Shown: positions 8,134 through 17,930, numbered from the stretch's first letter. The stretch is 64,000 bases of DNA from an uncultured delta proteobacterium (GCA_963827685.1 CAWHBU010000004.1:480001-544000), one strand, 5' to 3'. The notes: generated from the letters alone by a model not told the origin. Numbers and translations are program-made.

Positions 8134-10299
8134 ATGCAAATCATCTTTGGTCTTCTCGAAAAAATCTCTTACCACAACGAAGAAAATGACTTTGTGGTGG
8201 CAAAACTCCGTGAAAAAGAAAAGAAGGAGCTGACCACCATTATCGGTAATCTTTCAGGTGTCAACCCCGGTGAATCCCTGAAACTGACAGGTAAATGGGT
8301 ACAGAATAAGAGATTCGGCGAACAATTCCAGGTCGAGAGCTTCGAGGTCACCGTACCGGCTACCCTCCATGGGATTCAGAAATATCTCACCTCCGGGTTG
8401 ATTCAAGGCATTGGCCCGATCATGTCAGAGAGGATTGTCGAAAAATTTGGGCTTCATACCCTGGAGGTGATCGAAAAGAAACCTGAAAGGCTGTCCGAGG
8501 TGGAAGGCATCGGTCCTAAACGGATCTCCATGATCAGAAAAGCCTGGGGGGAGCAGAAAGAGATCAAAGAGATCATGATCTTTCTGCAGGGCCATGGAGT
8601 AGGCGCTGCCTATTCTGCCAAAATCTACAAACAGTACGCGGATCAATCGATTGAGATGGTGAGAGAGAATCCCTATCGTTTAGCCCACGATATATACGGG
8701 ATTGGCTTCATTACTGCAGATAAGATCGCTCAAAATCTCGGTATCGATCGCAATTCCTTGATCCGGGCCAAGGCAGGTCTTCTCTATGTCTTGAATCAGT
8801 TGACCGAAGAAGGCCATGTCTACTATCCTGAGAGTCAATTGATTCATAAGGCAAGAGAGATACTCAATGTGGATGAAGAAATCATTATCCTGGCTGTAAG
8901 GGAGCTAACCAAAGAAAAGGAGCTCTTCTTAGAAGACCTTGATCCTGATGGTAATCTCAAAGCCGTCTATCTTACCCCCTTCTATGTGGCAGAGACGGGG
9001 GTGGCTCAGAGATTAATCAATCTGAAGGAATCTCCTTCAAACATCCGGCCCATCCATCCGGAAAAGGCGATCGAATGGGTGCAGCAGAAACTGAACATAG
9101 AACTAGCCCAAAGACAGGAGGAGGCCGTTCTTCTGGCAGCCACTTCAAAGGTGTTGATTATCACCGGTGGCCCCGGGACCGGGAAGACAACACTCATCAC
9201 GGCCATATTGAGAATCTTTCAGCAATTAAAGCTGAGGATCCTTCTCGCCGCTCCCACGGGAAGGGCAGCCAAGAGAATGAATGAGGCGACGGGCTGGGAG
9301 GCAAAGACCATTCATCGCCTCCTTGAGTACTCTCCCCATAAGGGTGATTTCAAGAAAGACCAGGACGATCCTCTTGAGGCGGATGTGGTCATCATCGATG
9401 AGGCCTCCATGGTCGACACCCTTTTGATGTACCATCTCCTGAAAGCCATTCCCTCCCATGCCCACCTGATCTTGGTAGGAGATGTCGATCAGCTCCCTTC
9501 GGTTGGTCCTGGAAATGTCCTGAAGGATATCATCAGATCAGGAAAGTTTACCGTGGTGAGGCTCTTCGAGATCTTTCGCCAGGCTCAGGAGAGCATGATC
9601 GTGGTCAATGCGCACAAAGTCAATCAAGGTGAGCTCCCCGTTTTAAAGGAAATCGACAAACCCGAGAAAACCGACTTTCAATTCATCCAGGAAGAGGATC
9701 CGGAGAAGATCCTTCAAAATATCCTGGACCTCTGTAGTGAGAGGATACCCAGGGATTTCAGGTTTCATCCACTCAGAGAGATCCAGGTCCTGACACCCAT
9801 GCACAAGGGAACAATTGGTGTAACCAATCTCAACATCGAGTTACAGAAGAGACTGAACCCCGGTCAGTCAGGCATCACCCGTGGAGCATGGAGCTTCAGA
9901 GTAGGGGACAAGGTGATGCAGATCGTTAACAATTATGATAAAGATGTCTTTAACGGGGATATCGGGTGGATCTCAGAAATCAATCCGGAGGAAAGAAAGG
10001 TGACCATCGAATTCGATGGGAGACTGGTCCCTTATGACTATTCTGATCTCGATGAAGTTGTCCTGGCCTATGCCGTATCCGTCCACAAGTCCCAGGGGAG
10101 CGAGTACCCGGTCGTGATTCTTCCGGTTGTCACCCAGCACTACATGCTTCTACAGAGAAACCTGATCTACACGGGAATCACCAGAGCGAAAAAACTGGTC
10201 ATCATGATCGGAACGAAGAAGGCCCTGGCCATTGCCATAAGGAATAACAAACCCCAACGAAGGTACACTCTTCTTTCGGAGAGGTTGGCAGCGTCATGA
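8134..10299 (+). CDS. recD2: SF1B helicase RecD2
   Basis: N-terminal OB and HhH (GIGP) regions, ITGGPGTGKTT, APTGRAAKR, IDEASMVD, GDVDQLPSVGPG, SVHKSQGSEY, YTGITRAK. Confidence 0.95.
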   Translation: MQIIFGLLEKISYHNEENDFVVAKLREKEKKELTTIIGNLSGVNPGESLKLTGKWVQNKRFGEQFQVESFEVTVPATLHGIQKYLTSGLIQGIGPIMSERIVEKFGLHTLEVIEKKPERLSEVEGIGPKRISMIRKAWGEQKEIKEIMIFLQGHGVGAAYSAKIYKQYADQSIEMVRENPYRLAHDIYGIGFITADKIAQNLGIDRNSLIRAKAGLLYVLNQLTEEGHVYYPESQLIHKAREILNVDEEIIILAVRELTKEKELFLEDLDPDGNLKAVYLTPFYVAETGVAQRLINLKESPSNIRPIHPEKAIEWVQQKLNIELAQRQEEAVLLAATSKVLIITGGPGTGKTTLITAILRIFQQLKLRILLAAPTGRAAKRMNEATGWEAKTIHRLLEYSPHKGDFKKDQDDPLEADVVIIDEASMVDTLLMYHLLKAIPSHAHLILVGDVDQLPSVGPGNVLKDIIRSGKFTVVRLFEIFRQAQESMIVVNAHKVNQGELPVLKEIDKPEKTDFQFIQEEDPEKILQNILDLCSERIPRDFRFHPLREIQVLTPMHKGTIGVTNLNIELQKRLNPGQSGITRGAWSFRVGDKVMQIVNNYDKDVFNGDIGWISEINPEERKVTIEFDGRLVPYDYSDLDEVVLAYAVSVHKSQGSEYPVVILPVVTQHYMLLQRNLIYTGITRAKKLVIMIGTKKALAIAIRNNKPQRRYTLLSERLAAS

Positions 10300-11204
10300 G
10301 TGAGCTGAAGAACGAATTCTCCTGGTCGAAAACGAGGGATGAGGTCTTTAAAACCTGTCCCCGGCAATATTGGTTTGCCTATTATGGCTACTGGAACGGA
10401 TGGCTTGAGAACGCCCCGGAGAGAACCCGGCAGATTTACGTTCTGAAGAACCTCAAGAACAGGCAGATGTGGGCAGGAGAAAAAGTCCATGAGTGCATTC
10501 AAAGATCTCTCTACAACATCCGAAGGGGTATTAAGGTGCTTCCGGTAGATGAAATTGTCTCCATCACACTCGACCAGATGAGAGCCGAGTTTCGTTCTTC
10601 AAAGTCGAAGAACTACTGGAAGAATCCTAAATCGTGTGGCCTGCTTGAACATGAATATGAAGTGGAAGTGAGTGATGAGGAATGGAAAGACGCGGCGGGT
10701 AATGTGGAGACTTGCCTGAGAAATTTTTATGCCTCGGATATTTATGATGGCTTAAAGTCCCATCTAAAAGATGGGTGGCTTGAAGTAGAAGAATTCTCAT
10801 CCTCTTATCTGGATGGCATAAAAATCAATTTAGTCATCGACTGCGCCATAAAAGAAGGGGAGGGTGTCTATCTGTACGACTGGAAGACAGGAAAGAGCCT
10901 TTCAGAAGACCTCTCCATCCAATTAGGCTGTTATGCTCTTTATGCTATGGAGAAATGGAATGCTCCTCCTGAATCGCTGAGCATCATTGAATATAACCTC
11001 TCTTTTGACAAGTCCAACTGGTTTTCAGTGAGTCAGGAAGAGATGAAAGGCATCAAGGGTTACATCAACGGAAGCATCAAAGATATGCAGTCCCTTCTCA
11101 TTGATGTCTCGAATAACATCCCCATGGAAGAAGATCGGTTTAGTAAGATAGAGGATGAACACATCATCTCCAGATGTAATTATAAAAAAGTCTGCAGAAA
11201 ATAA
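10296..11204 (+). CDS. PD-(D/E)XK (RecB/Cas4-like) nuclease
   Basis: FSWSK...CPRQYW, GEKVH, VID, YDWKTG, QLGCYA, C-terminal RCNYKKVC. ATGA overlap with recD2. Confidence 0.85.
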   Translation: MSELKNEFSWSKTRDEVFKTCPRQYWFAYYGYWNGWLENAPERTRQIYVLKNLKNRQMWAGEKVHECIQRSLYNIRRGIKVLPVDEIVSITLDQMRAEFRSSKSKNYWKNPKSCGLLEHEYEVEVSDEEWKDAAGNVETCLRNFYASDIYDGLKSHLKDGWLEVEEFSSSYLDGIKINLVIDCAIKEGEGVYLYDWKTGKSLSEDLSIQLGCYALYAMEKWNAPPESLSIIEYNLSFDKSNWFSVSQEEMKGIKGYINGSIKDMQSLLIDVSNNIPMEEDRFSKIEDEHIISRCNYKKVCRK

Positions 11205-11364
11205 AAACAACAGACCCTTCACGAATCACGATTATAAGGGGCTCCTGAACAATAACTATTTCGTCAAAGATCAAGGGCTGACCCCATTCCTCTCCTAAAT
11301 AAATTTGATTTTCTGGTTTCTTTTTGGTACATTGGGTTATCCTTTATTATAAGAGGGTGTGAAA

Positions 11365-11574
11365 ATGGCTAAAGAATTTACAGTGATCATAGAACAGGAT
11401 GAAGAAGGATACTATATTGCGGAAGTTCCTGAGCTTAAGGGATGCCACACGCAGGCCAAGTCTCTGGACACATTAATGGAAAGGATTAAGGAGGCCATCC
11501 AGCTCTGTTTAGAAGTGTATGGGAAGAAGTATCCGATTACCCATCTTGTTGGTGTCCAGAAAATTGCTTTATGA
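11365..11574 (+). CDS. hicB: HicB-family antitoxin
   Basis: FTVIIEQDEEGYYIAEVPELKGCHTQAKSLD...IKEAIQLCLE. Confidence 0.9.
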   Translation: MAKEFTVIIEQDEEGYYIAEVPELKGCHTQAKSLDTLMERIKEAIQLCLEVYGKKYPITHLVGVQKIAL

Positions 11575-11630
11575 GCAAGTTGCCATCTTTAACAGGAAAA
11601 GAGGTTGTCTCTTTGCTTAAAAAGAGGTGA
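11571..11630 (+). pseudogene. hicA: Truncated HicA toxin
   Basis: MSKLPSLTGKEVVSLLKKR* is a typical HicA N-terminus with ATGA overlap to hicB. It stops before the catalytic GSH motif. Confidence 0.75.
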
Positions 11631-11859
11631 AGAGGATTTATCATATGATTCAAAACAGAGCCTATTCTTAAGAAGAATGGGCTCTTTGTTTTTCGCCGCA
11701 GGACGATGACCCACCTGTCGCCCTTCTTCATTGTCCCGTAATCCGGGGAGTAGGAGGATACCCTCAGATCTCAGCTATTTGATTTATTCTCCTTAACGCC
11801 GTGTCTCCCCATCCCTCCATCACCCTATCTTTTTTGCTCTATATTTCCTTATCTCCCTA

Positions 11860-12030
11860 ATTCCTTATTTTGCTTTTTAGATTCCGCATTCCGCAATCCC
11901 CATTTGGCACTCCTTATTTCCCTTATTTCCCTTACTTCCCTTATCTCCCCAACCCCGAGTTTCCTCATCATCTTCTTATTTTTAAATTAGCTTTTTCCAT
12001 TCCACAATCCGCACTCCGCAATCCGAAATT
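11860..12030. repeat. Pyrimidine-rich 7-9-mer tandem tracts
   Basis: CCTTATTTC repeated about four times; TCCGCAA/TCCGCAT heptamers. Confidence 0.6.
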
Positions 12031-12146
12031 TAAGATGTCTCCGTGTCTCTTTTATTCCCTTGTCCGTTTCACAAATTCACAAGGTTTAGGATATTTTTGG
12101 CCAATTCTTGACCAGTTTAATTTTCCTGCCGATAAAAAACCTTTTA

Positions 12147-12189
12147 AATCAAAAAGTTATAAACAAACACCTCTGGCACAAAAAATGCT
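12147..12189 (+). promoter_or_regulatory. IHF-like site plus sigma54-like -24/-12 element
   Basis: AATCAAAAAGTTA matches WATCAANNNNTTR; TGGCAC-AAAAA-ATGCT at 12174-12189. Confidence 0.45.
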
Positions 12190-12357
12190 TATTGATTATT
12201 ATTGTCCTGTTTTTTGATATGGTGGACCCAATTGGAGCAACATGGGTTCTTATTCATGTCCCTTTGCCATTTTAAGCGTAGTTTTAAAAAGAATGGGTTC
12301 TTGTCTTGTTAATGTTATGAAAACAATGAACCAACATAAAAATAAGTTGGTGGGCTG

Positions 12358-13185
12358 ATGAATCAAGCAAAGAATATTTTCCTGAGATACCCCGGGGGTA
12401 AAGGGCGAATGCTTAATTTCCTGATCCCTCGGCTCATTTCAGCAACCAAGAGTACATATCGCCTCGTTGAACCATTTGCGGGAGGGTGTGCTGTTTTCTT
12501 TGGGCTGAATCCCGAACGAGCACTCCTGTCAGATATTAATCCAGAACTTATCGATTTATATCGTGGCATTCGTCGTTATCCAATCGAAGTCTGGAAAATT
12601 TTCAGCAGCTTCCCATCAAGTAAACGCGCCTATTACAGGATTCGTAACTGGAAGCAGGAAAATCTTGATTTGCCAACTCGTGCTGCAAGGACGCTTTATC
12701 TAAACAGGACCTGTTTTAAGGGAATGTGGCGGCATAATGCAGATGGAGAATTCAATGTTGGCTATGGAGGACAGCAAAGGAGGTGGGTAATTAGTAAGGA
12801 AACGTTGCTTTCTGTTTCAAAAAGGCTAAGAAATGCTTCTATTAAATGCAACGACTTTGAAGAAGTTATTGATGCCTGTAGACAAGATGATTTCATTTTT
12901 GTTGATCCACCTTACTGTCCAGGGGAGCGCGATATGGTTCATGACCATTTCAGGTTTGGTAAATTCACTCTTAATGACCATAAACGGTTGGCAATAACGT
13001 TGAGAAAAGCATCGGCAAGGCGTATTCGTTGGGCCCTTACAACCTCAGACCATCCTGACATAGTTTCTCTTTTCCACGGGTATAATATTTTGGCTATTCC
13101 AAGAGGGACTGGTAGGACAATTGGCGCGTTAACAAACGATTCAGGTGAGGTTCTTATTCGTAATTACAAGGGGGTATCCCAATGA
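12358..13185 (+). CDS. Dam-type (D12 class) N6-adenine DNA methyltransferase
   Basis: LRYPGGKG, VEPFAGG, LYLNRTCFKG, DPPY and terminal EVLIRNY motifs. Confidence 0.92.
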   Translation: MNQAKNIFLRYPGGKGRMLNFLIPRLISATKSTYRLVEPFAGGCAVFFGLNPERALLSDINPELIDLYRGIRRYPIEVWKIFSSFPSSKRAYYRIRNWKQENLDLPTRAARTLYLNRTCFKGMWRHNADGEFNVGYGGQQRRWVISKETLLSVSKRLRNASIKCNDFEEVIDACRQDDFIFVDPPYCPGERDMVHDHFRFGKFTLNDHKRLAITLRKASARRIRWALTTSDHPDIVSLFHGYNILAIPRGTGRTIGALTNDSGEVLIRNYKGVSQ

Positions 13186-15140
13186 AAGATTTTTTCGAAA
13201 AAGCTGCAATGCAAAACCATCCGCTAAGGGTTTTACAAACATTTCTTGAGTTCGAGGGAGCTAGCGAAAAAGCAAAGAAATATGATGATATGCGCTTCGT
13301 AGGGTATGTACTTGATATTGGATACGATACGGTTACGATCATTACTTCCGATCCATTCAAGGTAGCGGTCGGCGGGGTGCCTCGGAACTCACTGCTCATA
13401 ATGGTTCCGGTGAATTCCGACACATTACCTCCACATTTTACATTATTAAGAGTATTAGAAGCGGCTCCAACCCCTTTATCTAAAGAAGTTCAACAGACCT
13501 ACTTTGAATTACAGAAAAAGTCTATGCCAGAGCTTGATGTTTTCATACAGAGCGAACTGCAATGGGGAGCTCTCAAGACTGGTGTTCTTGGGATGTTTTA
13601 TCCGCACCCAGAGGAAATAGATCATATTGAGTTTTCTGGTGATCTAAACAATTTTGTTAGCGCCCACAAATATCGAGTTTACGCCCCTGATGACTCTTTG
13701 TTGAAACTGATTACGAACTCGATGGTCCCGAGCGAAAATCGCTTTGCCATCGGAAACCTAAGGTTAACTGAATGCAGGCTTCCTTTGCCAAATAAGCCTC
13801 GACCTCAGGTTGAAGTCTTTGTTTCAACAAAGGACTTTATGGGTGCGAGAACAGCGATGTTTGGCAAAACACGGCTTGGCAAAAGTAATGTTGTCAAACT
13901 TATTGCACAGAGCTTGATCGAGACGACTGCAAAGAGTAAGAATGTTGGTCAAATCATATTTGACATCAACGGCGAATATGCTAATGACAATCCTCAAGAT
14001 AATAGCCGCTCTCTTGCAAGTGGATATTCAGATCGTTGTGTCGTATATGCACTGACTAAAAAAGAGAAGACAGAATCAAAACCATTACGTCTGGATTTTT
14101 ATGAACACCCTGAGAGTTCTCATAAGATAATTGCCACATTGTTAAAGGAAGCAGGCAAAGACGTTTCTAACTATATTACTAGCTTCCTTTCTGTAGATAT
14201 TCCGTCGATTGAATTGCTCAAGGAATTGCCGCCGAATGAAGAAAAAAGATCTAGAAGAAAAATACTGATGTATTGGTCCATTCTATTCAGAGCGGGATAC
14301 GTAGCTGATATAGGAAAGCTCAGGAAGTCGATAAGGTTTGATCCCCAAATTAATGAGGCTTCCAGAAAAATAATCTACGGCGTGAGTGATATAAGCCAAT
14401 GCCCTGTGATCAATTCATTGGATGCTCTAGCAACTGAGTTTGAAAAATGCGCAGAAGCAGATCGGAAATCAAAATTGAAATCATCTACGGGCAAAGACCT
14501 TTTCGATGCGGATGACCTCGCTATCCTCGGATTCCTTAAACCTGTTTCAACAGCGAGTACTGGGCCAGGCATTATTCAAGGTTTCCGGAAGTACCATGAT
14601 TCTAAAGCGGGGGACTTTGTGGACGAGATCATCAAGCTTTTAGGTGGTGGACAAACGGTTATACTTGACCTTGGGAATGCACCACCAGAAGTAATGGAAT
14701 ACTTTTCAGTTTATCTTTCGAGAGCCATATTTCACCAGCAAGTCGAAAAATTCTCGAACAACGAACTAGGTAATCATTTCGTTCAACTTTACTTCGAAGA
14801 AGCACATAACTTGTTCCCTGCTAGTGGGCAAGGCGAGGTAGATATCTATCGCCGCATCGCAAAAGAAGGCGCAAAGTATCATATTGGGATGGTTTACTCA
14901 ACCCAGTCTATAACGACCATTAACAAAGACCTGCTTGCCCAGACAGAGAATTTTTTTATTGCCCATCTTTCATCTCAAGATGAGGTAAACGCACTTGCTA
15001 AAGTCAATGTTGCCTACGAAAGCTTAAAAGATGACATTCTTCAGGCAAAAACTGTGGGCTACATAAGGATGCTTACACGCTCTCATCGATTTGTTGTGTC
15101 GGTACAAGCGAGGAAATTTATTCCACCTGGCGCTGCATAA
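13182..15140 (+). CDS. HerA-like (DUF87) ATPase with N-terminal HAS barrel
   Basis: Walker A GKTRLGKS, IFDINGEY, Walker B FEEAHNL, IAKEGAKY, STQ. ATGA overlap with the MTase. Confidence 0.88.
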   Translation: MKDFFEKAAMQNHPLRVLQTFLEFEGASEKAKKYDDMRFVGYVLDIGYDTVTIITSDPFKVAVGGVPRNSLLIMVPVNSDTLPPHFTLLRVLEAAPTPLSKEVQQTYFELQKKSMPELDVFIQSELQWGALKTGVLGMFYPHPEEIDHIEFSGDLNNFVSAHKYRVYAPDDSLLKLITNSMVPSENRFAIGNLRLTECRLPLPNKPRPQVEVFVSTKDFMGARTAMFGKTRLGKSNVVKLIAQSLIETTAKSKNVGQIIFDINGEYANDNPQDNSRSLASGYSDRCVVYALTKKEKTESKPLRLDFYEHPESSHKIIATLLKEAGKDVSNYITSFLSVDIPSIELLKELPPNEEKRSRRKILMYWSILFRAGYVADIGKLRKSIRFDPQINEASRKIIYGVSDISQCPVINSLDALATEFEKCAEADRKSKLKSSTGKDLFDADDLAILGFLKPVSTASTGPGIIQGFRKYHDSKAGDFVDEIIKLLGGGQTVILDLGNAPPEVMEYFSVYLSRAIFHQQVEKFSNNELGNHFVQLYFEEAHNLFPASGQGEVDIYRRIAKEGAKYHIGMVYSTQSITTINKDLLAQTENFFIAHLSSQDEVNALAKVNVAYESLKDDILQAKTVGYIRMLTRSHRFVVSVQARKFIPPGAA

Positions 15141-15153
15141 GGAGGAATCTGAA

Positions 15154-16467
15154 GTGCCTTACAAGGCCGGAGACCGATTACCGGCAGAACATGCGAGCCG
15201 CTTAGGGCACCTTGACGTGCTCAAAAGTGAGTTGGTGAAAAAACTTTGTGCAAGTTTTGAGGATTCTGGCCCACCCACTATACCCCCTCAGAGTTTTTGG
15301 GAAGCCATCCCGTCGATAGGACAACCCTTACCTCTGGTATTTGGCGTTGACGGTTCCATGCAGGTTATCGAATCGGAGAGTCCCCCGTATAAAGCACTGG
15401 TGTTCATTAAAACTTCGCTTCTAAGGGTTGATCAGGTGGCCCTTTCCTTAATCGATGAGGAATCACCTCATCCGTTTGCTTTGCGAGACATATTGGCCAA
15501 TTCTGCTTTGTATCACGCCACAGTATTGCCATTAAGGCATGTCAGTATTCCAGGAATGTCTTTATACGATGCGGTTCGCCAGATAATATACGAGTCGGTA
15601 AAAGATGCTTCCTTGAATGGTGAACCCCTAGAAACGCTGAAGTGGATTGCTTACGAAAAGTGGGATGGTAAGAAGAAAAGTCTTCCACCATTTGAGTGCC
15701 CTCACTGTGAAGGGAAAGATGCTGCAACCTTACCCTACGATTCCGATGAAGGGAACTGCCCGACTTGTAACGGAAAGTTGTTTCTTACGGACATGCTGGG
15801 CTTTCATCAAGAGATGGCCCCAGATTCCGCCCCCGATGTTGTCGCAACGGCATACATGAGTATCCATGAAACATTATTGTTGTTTACAGGGATTAGATAC
15901 TTCTGGAATAGAAACAAGGAATTACTTAAAAACTGTCTGTTTGTGAAAGATGGACCTCTCTCAATTCGAGCACAATATTCAAAACTCGTGAATCCAATAA
16001 GAAGATTCTTAGCTTTTTCAAGAGATCATGGGTATCCAGTACACCTCGTTGGGCAAGAGAAAACCGGCGCATTTGCTGACCATTTGCAACTTATCGGGAA
16101 GAACGCGCCTGCCGAATCGCTATTTATTCCCAATAATAAGTATATTAAAGAATATATTCAGCATAGGCCAGACAGAGGAGACCCCTACGGAAAATATACA
16201 AATTACGGGGCTAAGGTTTTCGTCAGAATTAGTGACTATCATCAAACCGTATTAAACGTTCCTACTGGAGAGTACATTGAAAACCCCATACTTTCCAATC
16301 TCATCGGCGCGGGAAGAATCTTTTCCACAATACCGAAGATTTTGAGTAGCCGATTTGAAGGCGGCCTTTTACCCGTTGAACTGGCTCACGGCGTGGCGTC
16401 ATTATCAACTTACCCTTCAGCACAGATTCTCAAAATATTTTCAGAGGCGAAAACAATTAATCCCTAA
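15154..16467 (+). CDS. NurA-like (RNase H fold) nuclease with Zn-finger insertion
   Basis: FGVDGS, FVKDGPL, VGQEKTG, PVELAHGVAS; CPHC...CPTC insertion. GTG start after AAGGAGG. Confidence 0.82.
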   Translation: MPYKAGDRLPAEHASRLGHLDVLKSELVKKLCASFEDSGPPTIPPQSFWEAIPSIGQPLPLVFGVDGSMQVIESESPPYKALVFIKTSLLRVDQVALSLIDEESPHPFALRDILANSALYHATVLPLRHVSIPGMSLYDAVRQIIYESVKDASLNGEPLETLKWIAYEKWDGKKKSLPPFECPHCEGKDAATLPYDSDEGNCPTCNGKLFLTDMLGFHQEMAPDSAPDVVATAYMSIHETLLLFTGIRYFWNRNKELLKNCLFVKDGPLSIRAQYSKLVNPIRRFLAFSRDHGYPVHLVGQEKTGAFADHLQLIGKNAPAESLFIPNNKYIKEYIQHRPDRGDPYGKYTNYGAKVFVRISDYHQTVLNVPTGEYIENPILSNLIGAGRIFSTIPKILSSRFEGGLLPVELAHGVASLSTYPSAQILKIFSEAKTINP

Positions 16468-16689
16468 ATAGGCAATTATCGAAATATCAACAGACTGGAG
16501 TTACGCATTTAAGCACCTGGAAAGAAATAATTGGAGACGGGTTCCAATTTTATTGCTATCCACCCTCGACAAAGCCTTCAAAGGAGAATTGTAATTAGAA
16601 ATCATCGTCAACATTTAGAAATCGGAGAGACTTCCCAAATTTCATGCTTAGCCGAGGTGTGATGGGCCTGTTTAATTTGGAGGAATGTT

Positions 16690-17259
16690 ATGCATGGAAA
16701 AAATCAAAATATCGAGCAAGACCAAAATGAGAACAATAAAGACAAAGGATATAGAAACATTAAAGAAACCAAAGTCATGCTGGAGGAATGGCAGACAGTG
16801 GTAGAAACTCAAATTCATTTCAACGAGATGATTATGCGTGCAAGAACGACAGGAGTGAGTGTTGTTATGGCTGTATATGGAGCTGCAGCCCTTGCTTATG
16901 GGCAATATCCATATAGGTTTTACAACGCCTTTGGGACTGAATTTCATGTTAGCACAGCAATAATTTTCTTTGGACTTTTGCTGCTCATAAGTATTTTTCT
17001 CATCGATTATTGCTACTACTACCGTCTATTAATAGGGGCGGTAGAACGGGGGGAGGAAATAGACAAAGCCTATCGTGATCGGATTATAGATGGAACGAAA
17101 CTTTTTGGTTTGACAACTGCAATATCAAACAGAGTAAGCCGAAATCGCGCAAGGATTTGCCTTTTTTTCTTTTATGGGACCCCGCTCTTTGTTGGTATAG
17201 TTTCCCTAACTTATCTGTCGTGTTTTTACCGTCCTTATTCATTTGGATTTCGCATTTGA
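16690..17259 (+). CDS. Three-TM membrane protein, candidate defence effector
   Basis: Amphipathic N-terminal helix (EEWQTVVETQIHFNEMIMRAR) followed by three hydrophobic segments; GGAGG RBS. Confidence 0.7.
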   Translation: MHGKNQNIEQDQNENNKDKGYRNIKETKVMLEEWQTVVETQIHFNEMIMRARTTGVSVVMAVYGAAALAYGQYPYRFYNAFGTEFHVSTAIIFFGLLLLISIFLIDYCYYYRLLIGAVERGEEIDKAYRDRIIDGTKLFGLTTAISNRVSRNRARICLFFFYGTPLFVGIVSLTYLSCFYRPYSFGFRI

Positions 17260-17915
17260 AGTTTAAACTTGTGGTTTTCGATCTTGACGGAGTTCTTGTA
17301 AATGAGCCAAGTGCATGGTGGACATTGCATCACGCCTTTGGTACTTTCGAGGCATCGAAAGAAAATTTGCGTGCTTATGAAGCAGGCATTATCGATTACC
17401 CTGAATTCATGAGGAGAGATATACATCTCTGGGGTATACGCAGTATCAAGGAGGTAGAAACCGTGCTACACAATTTTACTCTCTCCGAAGGCGCCTTGGA
17501 AGTCTGCGATATTCTGCGCCAACGAGGATATCAAATTGCTATCCTGAGTGCAGGGATTGACATCATCGCTCGTGCTGTTTCCGGGAAACTGGGAATAGAA
17601 TACTGGGTTGCTAACGGTCTGAAAGTAGATGCAAAAGGTCTATTAACAGGTGAGGGGATATTCAGAGTTGATCTTAAAGAAAAGGAAAGAGCTCTCAAGA
17701 AACTTGTTGGGCCCCTAGGAATAGCATTCCCTGATGTAGCAGCCATCGGTGATAGCAAGCATGACGTTTCCTTTATGCAGGCTTGTGGGGTTGGAATTGC
17801 TCTAACTAGATGCGATATTTGTGAAGAATCTGAGCCTTGGGTGAAAGCTTTTCACAGGATAATTTGCCTTGCTGACCTTCCGGGGACTTTGACGAAAATT
17901 GAGGGACCGCAATGA
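17256..17915 (+). CDS. HAD-IB family phosphatase (phosphoserine-phosphatase-like)
   Basis: VVFDLDGVL, ILSAG, K, IGDSKHD motifs. TTG start overlaps the upstream TGA. Confidence 0.85.
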   Translation: MKFKLVVFDLDGVLVNEPSAWWTLHHAFGTFEASKENLRAYEAGIIDYPEFMRRDIHLWGIRSIKEVETVLHNFTLSEGALEVCDILRQRGYQIAILSAGIDIIARAVSGKLGIEYWVANGLKVDAKGLLTGEGIFRVDLKEKERALKKLVGPLGIAFPDVAAIGDSKHDVSFMQACGVGIALTRCDICEESEPWVKAFHRIICLADLPGTLTKIEGPQ

Positions 17916-17930
17916 ATGGACCCAATGAAT

